From Candidatus Latescibacterota bacterium (GTDB lineage Bacteria; Latescibacterota; UBA2968; GCA-2709665), in assembly GCA_965222075.1 (NCBI GenBank), contig OZ244937.1, positions 2,240,001-2,304,000 of the forward strand: 64,000 nucleotides of DNA, given 5' to 3'. Made by a program: the position numbers and the translations under genes. The notes beneath the pieces were generated by a model, which saw only the letters and a program-made list of their open reading frames with translations, was not told the origin of the DNA and made no database searches. The stretch's first letter is position 1; each line of letters starts with the position of its first letter. This document shows, in pieces, positions 58,818 through 64,000 of the stretch.

Positions 58818-60941
58818 ATGTATTCAAAAAAGAGCATGTTGGTAATTGCCATCCTCGGGTTCCTGGCCTTTGTGGGTCAAACCTACGCCGCCCCCAATGC
58901 TAACGCCGTTTTGCCGCTGGACCCTATTGCCGACGACGCAACGGGTGACGGAACGAATGACGACGCCACATCGGACTTTGTTTCTGCTGAGGACACGACC
59001 ATTGCCGCTGGCAAAGTCATTACCACAAGTGTGATTACGTCCAATACCGCGCCTTCGCCTGACTTCGATGGCGACGGTACGGTTGGTTTCTCCGACTTCC
59101 TGATCTTCGCAAGCGTGTTCGGGTCGCGTCAGGGCGATGGGAAGTACAATGCCCGGTATGATTTGAATGGCGATGGTTCCATTGGTTTTCCGGACTTTCT
59201 GATCTTTGCGCAGAACTTCGGCAAAGACGTATCGTCGCCCGGGGGCGGGGAGACAACGATAGTTGCCATTCCGGATGCAAACCTGTATGCGGTCATTGCG
59301 GACAGTCTCGGCAAGGCGCACGGTGCGCCAATCACTCAGGCAGAGATGGCGACCTTAATTCGCCTTGATGCATCGAACAAGAGTATTCGCGATCTGACCG
59401 GGCTTGAGTTTGCAATTAACCTGACAGAGTTGGTCCTTGGTGGAGCGGAAGGGAGATTGTGGGAGGTGAACATCAATGAGATAGCCAACCTTTCACTACT
59501 ATTGACCAATATAATAGAACTATGGATTAACTTTTCCTTCAACCTTTCCTACAACAGCATATCGGATGTGGTGCCACTATCTAACTTGACCCGTCTGGAA
59601 TTGCTGGATCTTTCCGGCAACAGCATATTGAATGTGGCGCCACTATCTAACTTGACCAATCTAAGAGGGCTGGATCTTTCCGGCAACAGCATATCGGATG
59701 TGACGCCGCTATCTAACTTGACCAATCTGGAATTGCTGTCTCTTTCCTACAACAGCACATCGAATGTGTCTGCACTGTCAGGATTGACCCGTCTGGAATG
59801 GCTGTCTCTTTCCGACAACAGCATATCGAATATGGCACCGCTATCTAACTTGACCAATCTGGAATTGCTGGATCTTTCCGGCAACAGCATATCGGATGTG
59901 ACGCCGCTATCTAACTTGACCAATCTGAAATGGCTGTCTCTTTCCGATAACAGCATATCGGATGTGACGCCGCTTGTGACGCTTCTATCTAACTTGACCA
60001 ATCTAAGATCCCTATCTCTTTCCGATAACAGCATATCGGATGTGACGCCGCTATCTAACTTAATCAACCTGGAATGGCTGGAGCTTTCCGGCAACAGCAT
60101 ATCGGATGTGACGCCGCTATCTAACTTGACCAATCTAAGAGCCTTGGATCTTTCCAGAACCAGCATATCGAATGTGTCTGCACTGTCAGGATTGACCCGT
60201 CTGGAATGGCTGTCTCTTTCCGACAACAGCATATCGAATATGGCACCGCTATCTAACTTGACCAATCTGGAATTGCTGGATCTTTCCGGCAACAGCATAT
60301 CGGATGTGACGCCGCTATCTAACTTGACCAATCTAAGAGCCTTGGATCTTTCCAGAACCAGCATATCGAATGTGTCTGCACTGTCAGGATTGACCCGTCT
60401 GGAATGGCTGTCTCTTTCCGACAACAGCATATCGAATATGGCACCGCTATCTAACTTGACCAATCTGAAATGGCTGTCTCTTTCCGACAACAGCATATCG
60501 AATGTGTCTGCACTGTCAGGATTGACCCGTCTGGAATGGCTGTCTCTTTCCGACAACAGCATATCGGATGTGACGCCGCTATCTAACTTAATCAACCTGG
60601 AATGGCTGGAACTTTACAGCAACAGGATCTCAGACCTCGCGCCACTGGTAGCAAACACGGGATTGGGTGAAGGAGATATAGTTGATGTGAGTGACAATCC
60701 CTTGAGTGCCACATCAATCAACACACACATTCCGGCACTTCAGCGCAGAGGGGTTGACGTGGATTTCAGCGCATCGAAGCCTGCGGTGCAGAAGAAAAAA
60801 CGGGGCATGCTCCCTGCGGTGATGGACACGTACAGGGGTGAGGGGCGGGAGGCAGACGGTTATATCTATCGCGGACGGATGGAGAATCGGAAGGAGGTGA
60901 CCAGGCAAAAGCTGCGCCCGTCCATCGGAGCTGAGAGGTGA
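58818..60941 (+). CDS. secreted internalin-like LRR protein with dockerin-like EF-hand
   Basis: signal peptide after GAGGAG; DFDGDGTVGFSDF; IPDANL cap; about 17 regular 22-aa LRRs. Confidence 0.92.
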   Translation: MYSKKSMLVIAILGFLAFVGQTYAAPNANAVLPLDPIADDATGDGTNDDATSDFVSAEDTTIAAGKVITTSVITSNTAPSPDFDGDGTVGFSDFLIFASVFGSRQGDGKYNARYDLNGDGSIGFPDFLIFAQNFGKDVSSPGGGETTIVAIPDANLYAVIADSLGKAHGAPITQAEMATLIRLDASNKSIRDLTGLEFAINLTELVLGGAEGRLWEVNINEIANLSLLLTNIIELWINFSFNLSYNSISDVVPLSNLTRLELLDLSGNSILNVAPLSNLTNLRGLDLSGNSISDVTPLSNLTNLELLSLSYNSTSNVSALSGLTRLEWLSLSDNSISNMAPLSNLTNLELLDLSGNSISDVTPLSNLTNLKWLSLSDNSISDVTPLVTLLSNLTNLRSLSLSDNSISDVTPLSNLINLEWLELSGNSISDVTPLSNLTNLRALDLSRTSISNVSALSGLTRLEWLSLSDNSISNMAPLSNLTNLELLDLSGNSISDVTPLSNLTNLRALDLSRTSISNVSALSGLTRLEWLSLSDNSISNMAPLSNLTNLKWLSLSDNSISNVSALSGLTRLEWLSLSDNSISDVTPLSNLINLEWLELYSNRISDLAPLVANTGLGEGDIVDVSDNPLSATSINTHIPALQRRGVDVDFSASKPAVQKKKRGMLPAVMDTYRGEGREADGYIYRGRMENRKEVTRQKLRPSIGAER

Positions 60942-61024
60942 TAATACCATCGGCTCAAGTGCGGTTTCAAGTCGGCCAACACGATACTTTTATAACCGAA
61001 GGATATTAAAAGGGAGGAGTTTCA

Positions 61025-62968
61025 ATGAGCTATCGAGACCGTCTAATCTCAACAGCTGCTGATATTGCCTGGAAAATCTTTCAAAGCGTCAACACACGTA
61101 TCCCCGAAGGTCAGCCGTTTCAGCCTGCATGGGCTCCAGCGCCCCTGTTGAAAAGCTACGAACGCAGCAAGCCCCAGCTTGGGTTTCCCCGTGAGACAGA
61201 CTCGCTGTGCCCCGACTGCGTCAAAGAGGTCAGAAATGCGGTCATCGAAGGCCGGCGCGACATCCGCGAACTGGTTGAAGGCCATCCCGGTGAGATCAAG
61301 ATGCAGATGTTGGAGGAAAACGGGCAAATCGTCCTGCGCAAGACCTGTCCGATACACGGCATCTACGAAGACATTCAGTCGATCGATCCCGAATTCAGTC
61401 AGATCATTGAGAGCCGTTTCCCCGGCCGCGACTACCGCACCTTTGGCGACGAACACATCCACCACCACGGCACCTCCAGCATCAAGTACGGGCGTGGGGC
61501 GGTGCTCACCATCGATCTGACCAACCGCTGCAACATGATGTGCAACCCCTGCTTTATGGACGCCAACCAGGTGGGGTATGTGCACGAATTGACCCTCGAT
61601 GAGGTCAAGCGCATCCTGGATGCGTCCATCTCATTCAAACCCAGGCGGCAGATGTCGGTTCAGTTCTCCGGCGGTGAACCCACCATCTCCCCGCACTTCT
61701 TAGAAGCCTGCCAGTATGCCAAAGAGGTGGGATACTGGTGCGTGCAGGCGGCAACCAACGGGGTGCGGTTTGCCCAGGATCCCGAATTCGCGTTTGCCGC
61801 CAAGGAGGCCGGCCTGGACATGGCCTACTTGCAGTTCGACGGGGTGACCAACACGGCCAACCAGCACCGCCACATCTCCAACCTCTTCGACGCCAAGCTC
61901 CTGGCCATGGAAAGCCTCGCCAGGGCCGACATCGACATCACACCGGTCACTACGGTGTTAAACACCATCAACAACGACCAGGTGGGTCCCATCCTCCAGT
62001 TCTGCATCGACAACAGCGACAAGGTCGGCTCCATCTCCTTCCAGCCGATCTCGTTTACCGGCCGCGACGAAGACATCAGCAATGAGCTTCGCCACCAGCA
62101 GCGCTACACCATCTCCCACCTCGCCCACGACCTGGAGGAATGGTCAGGAGGGAAGCTGCAGGCCCACCGCGACTGGTATCCGCTGGGTGCGGGCATCCTG
62201 TTTACCACCCTGGCCGACCACCTGCGCGGTCCGGACATCCAGTTTGGGGGTCAGACCTGTTCCTGCCACCCCAACTGCGGCTCTGCCCTCCACATTATGG
62301 TCAACGAAAAGACGAAGGCGTGGGCGGCCATCACTGAGTTCTTCGATCAGGACCAGTTTATGAAAGACATTGAAGTGATGACCGACACTTCGCGCGACCC
62401 CAAGCTGATCAAAGTGCAGGCGGCTCTCTCCCTGCTGCGCAACTTCAATTTGAAGAAGGCACCCCCGGGGTTCAAGCTGGAAGACCTGGGGCGCATCTTC
62501 GACCGCAGAGTGGGCGGCTCCATAAGCGGGGGTGAGCGCCCGGAAGACAGGGAGTGGCGGATTATGTGGGTGGGCGGCATGTGGTTCCAGGACCTGTGGA
62601 CCTACGACTTTCGCCGCACCGAGATGTGTGTGATCCCCTATGCCACCCAGGATGGCGAGATCTCCTTTTGCGCCTACAACACCGGCATCGGCTGGCGTCA
62701 GATCATCGAGAACATACACATGACCGCCACCACGGCCGAATGGTTCAAGACGGTTGGCCGGCATTCCATATACGCGGGTGACCGGGACATGCCCCTGCCG
62801 GATGCGCAGCACACATTGAGGGTGCGGGAGAACGAGAACGGCGAACTGGAGCTGCCCGTGGTCGATGAGCAGTCCGGCAACAGCAGCTGTGGCTGCTCCT
62901 CTACCGACACACAGGAGGAGATTAAGAAGATTGTCTCCGCGCCGGTAGAAGAGGGCACCATCGCGTAG
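61025..62968 (+). CDS. tes: tetraether lipid synthase (Tes/GDGT-MAS, MJ0619 family) homolog, radical SAM
   Basis: SLCPDC...CPIHG rubredoxin-like site; IDLTNRCNMMCNPCF; SGGEPT; YLQFDG; SCHPNCG; FQDLWTYDFRRTEMCVIPY...ISFCAYN. Confidence 0.82.
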   Translation: MSYRDRLISTAADIAWKIFQSVNTRIPEGQPFQPAWAPAPLLKSYERSKPQLGFPRETDSLCPDCVKEVRNAVIEGRRDIRELVEGHPGEIKMQMLEENGQIVLRKTCPIHGIYEDIQSIDPEFSQIIESRFPGRDYRTFGDEHIHHHGTSSIKYGRGAVLTIDLTNRCNMMCNPCFMDANQVGYVHELTLDEVKRILDASISFKPRRQMSVQFSGGEPTISPHFLEACQYAKEVGYWCVQAATNGVRFAQDPEFAFAAKEAGLDMAYLQFDGVTNTANQHRHISNLFDAKLLAMESLARADIDITPVTTVLNTINNDQVGPILQFCIDNSDKVGSISFQPISFTGRDEDISNELRHQQRYTISHLAHDLEEWSGGKLQAHRDWYPLGAGILFTTLADHLRGPDIQFGGQTCSCHPNCGSALHIMVNEKTKAWAAITEFFDQDQFMKDIEVMTDTSRDPKLIKVQAALSLLRNFNLKKAPPGFKLEDLGRIFDRRVGGSISGGERPEDREWRIMWVGGMWFQDLWTYDFRRTEMCVIPYATQDGEISFCAYNTGIGWRQIIENIHMTATTAEWFKTVGRHSIYAGDRDMPLPDAQHTLRVRENENGELELPVVDEQSGNSSCGCSSTDTQEEIKKIVSAPVEEGTIA

Positions 62969-62978
62969 CCGAACCGGG

Positions 62979-63095
62979 GCCGCCGAGATTCAGCATCCGG
63001 GTGCGGTCCTTTCGGTGGCGTTTTCGCGCGAAGGCACCACCCTCGCGTCCGGGTCAGAGGATGGCACGATGCTGCTGTGGGATTTGAAATCGAAG
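62979..63095 (+). pseudogene. single orphan WD40 repeat remnant
   Basis: reads QHPGAVLSVAFSREGTTLASGSEDGTMLLWDLK with no RBS or start of its own. Confidence 0.7.
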
Positions 63096-63104
63096 GCGTT
63101 TTAC

Positions 63105-63138
63105 GAGACAGGTTGTCCGCTTGTGGACAACCTGTCTC
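63105..63138. repeat. 14-bp perfect inverted repeat (REP-like)
   Basis: GAGACAGGTTGTCC-N6-GGACAACCTGTCTC. Confidence 0.7.
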
Positions 63139-63224
63139 TGACCATGACGCCGTAATGCAGAACGCCGACGCATCCGGCGATCAAGACGGTAGGATGGCTG
63201 TTTCTGGGTAAGGTGGATAACACC

Positions 63225-64000
63225 ATGAAACCTCCCGTTCTTCGTTTCACTCTATTCGCGATGCTCGGCGTCTTTCTCTGTCTGCCGGTAGCCGGCCATG
63301 CGTCGCCCCCGCCGGCCGACAGCGTGCATGTCTGCGCGTACTTCGATTACGAGCAGTGGCGACGGGATCACCCCCGCCCGGCGGCCAAGCCGCTGGCGGA
63401 CCTGGACGTGGGCGAGCCTCGCACCGTGCGGATGATCTACTTCCTGCCCAACGACCGTCCTTTTCGTCAGGAGGTGGTCGATTCGATGAGAGTCCGGATC
63501 CGGCAGGTGCAGACTTTCTTTGCGGAGCAGATGGAGGCCAACGGACGAAGCAGCGGGACACTCCGTATTGAAACCGATCCCCAAGGTGAGCCGCTGGTCC
63601 ATCGCGTGGATGGGCAGCACCCGGACAGCCACTACCTCGATGTGACGGGCATTGTGTACGAGGAGATCGACCAGGTCTTCGACCTCGAGGAGAACATTTA
63701 CCTCATCGTCGTCGACAACAGCATTGATGCAATCGGGATTGGCGGCGGCAGGCTTGCGGGAGGAACCGGCGGGGGCTACAAGAAGCGTGGCAGTGCGCTG
63801 GTACCTGGGAGTGTATTCTTCAATACGGTTGCCCACGAAATGGGCCATGCCTTCGGCTTGCTGCACGACTTCCGCGATGGTGAGTACATCATGTCCTACG
63901 GCCCAGGACGGACTCGCTTGTCGGCCTGCGCTGCGGAGTTTCTGGCGGTGAATCCCTACTTCAATCAAGACAGCTCTCTTGAGAGTGACTGGGAGCGGAG
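63225..64000 (+). CDS. secreted metzincin-type zinc metallopeptidase (partial, runs off the window)
   Basis: absent from the ORF track; translated by hand: signal peptide, TVRMIYFLPND, HEMGHAFGLLH, IMSY Met-turn. Confidence 0.85.
   Translation, partial: MKPPVLRFTLFAMLGVFLCLPVAGHASPPPADSVHVCAYFDYEQWRRDHPRPAAKPLADLDVGEPRTVRMIYFLPNDRPFRQEVVDSMRVRIRQVQTFFAEQMEANGRSSGTLRIETDPQGEPLVHRVDGQHPDSHYLDVTGIVYEEIDQVFDLEENIYLIVVDNSIDAIGIGGGRLAGGTGGGYKKRGSALVPGSVFFNTVAHEMGHAFGLLHDFRDGEYIMSYGPGRTRLSACAAEFLAVNPYFNQDSSLESDWER

Noticed and set aside
41433-60941. Diversity-generating retroelement behind the repeat variation
   Set aside because: No reverse transcriptase or template repeat in the window, and the differences are not visibly adenine-specific.
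57278-62968. RiPP cluster with two radical SAM maturases
   Set aside because: No precursor peptide, RRE/SPASM domain or peptide exporter; the motifs fit the Tes family better.
63252-63968. 238-aa minus-strand ORF
   Set aside because: Antisense to the metzincin gene, which has clear catalytic motifs.

Overview
Bacterial chromosomal window in two parts. About 1-35.9 kb is GC-rich, C-skewed on the + strand and mostly housekeeping: coaX-birA-nadC-uvrB, a decayed IS701-like element, purB, an AmrB-AmrA fusion, a ferredoxin:thioredoxin reductase catalytic subunit, a ZMP/ZTP riboswitch ahead of folD, a DUF3857/transglutaminase pair, two Zn-dehydrogenases, mdh and a COG3014/LpoB-like lipoprotein operon. 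About 35.9-64 kb is an accessory cell-surface region of mixed, often lower GC. It holds an Asp-less receiver/AraC regulator, a tandem array of seven small envelope-protein genes with conserved intergenic hairpins, and secreted WD40, LRR, CARDB/cadherin/FN3/leishmanolysin and cohesin-like proteins that share a dockerin-like double EF-hand tag. It also holds a PlpD-like patatin, a B12-binding radical SAM gene and a tetraether lipid synthase (Tes/GDGT-MAS) homolog separated by an LRR gene, and a metzincin cut by the window end. The gene content resembles Latescibacterota/Gemmatimonadota-type, possibly sponge-associated bacteria (inference). The best leads are: (1) a candidate membrane-spanning-lipid locus; (2) the paralogous lipoprotein array with a conserved structured leader; (3) a non-cellulolytic cohesin/dockerin-like surface system; (4) small palindromic elements inserted in frame, one nested, inside protein genes. 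No rRNA, tRNA or CRISPR array was seen. All calls come from motif recognition by eye; no searches were run.
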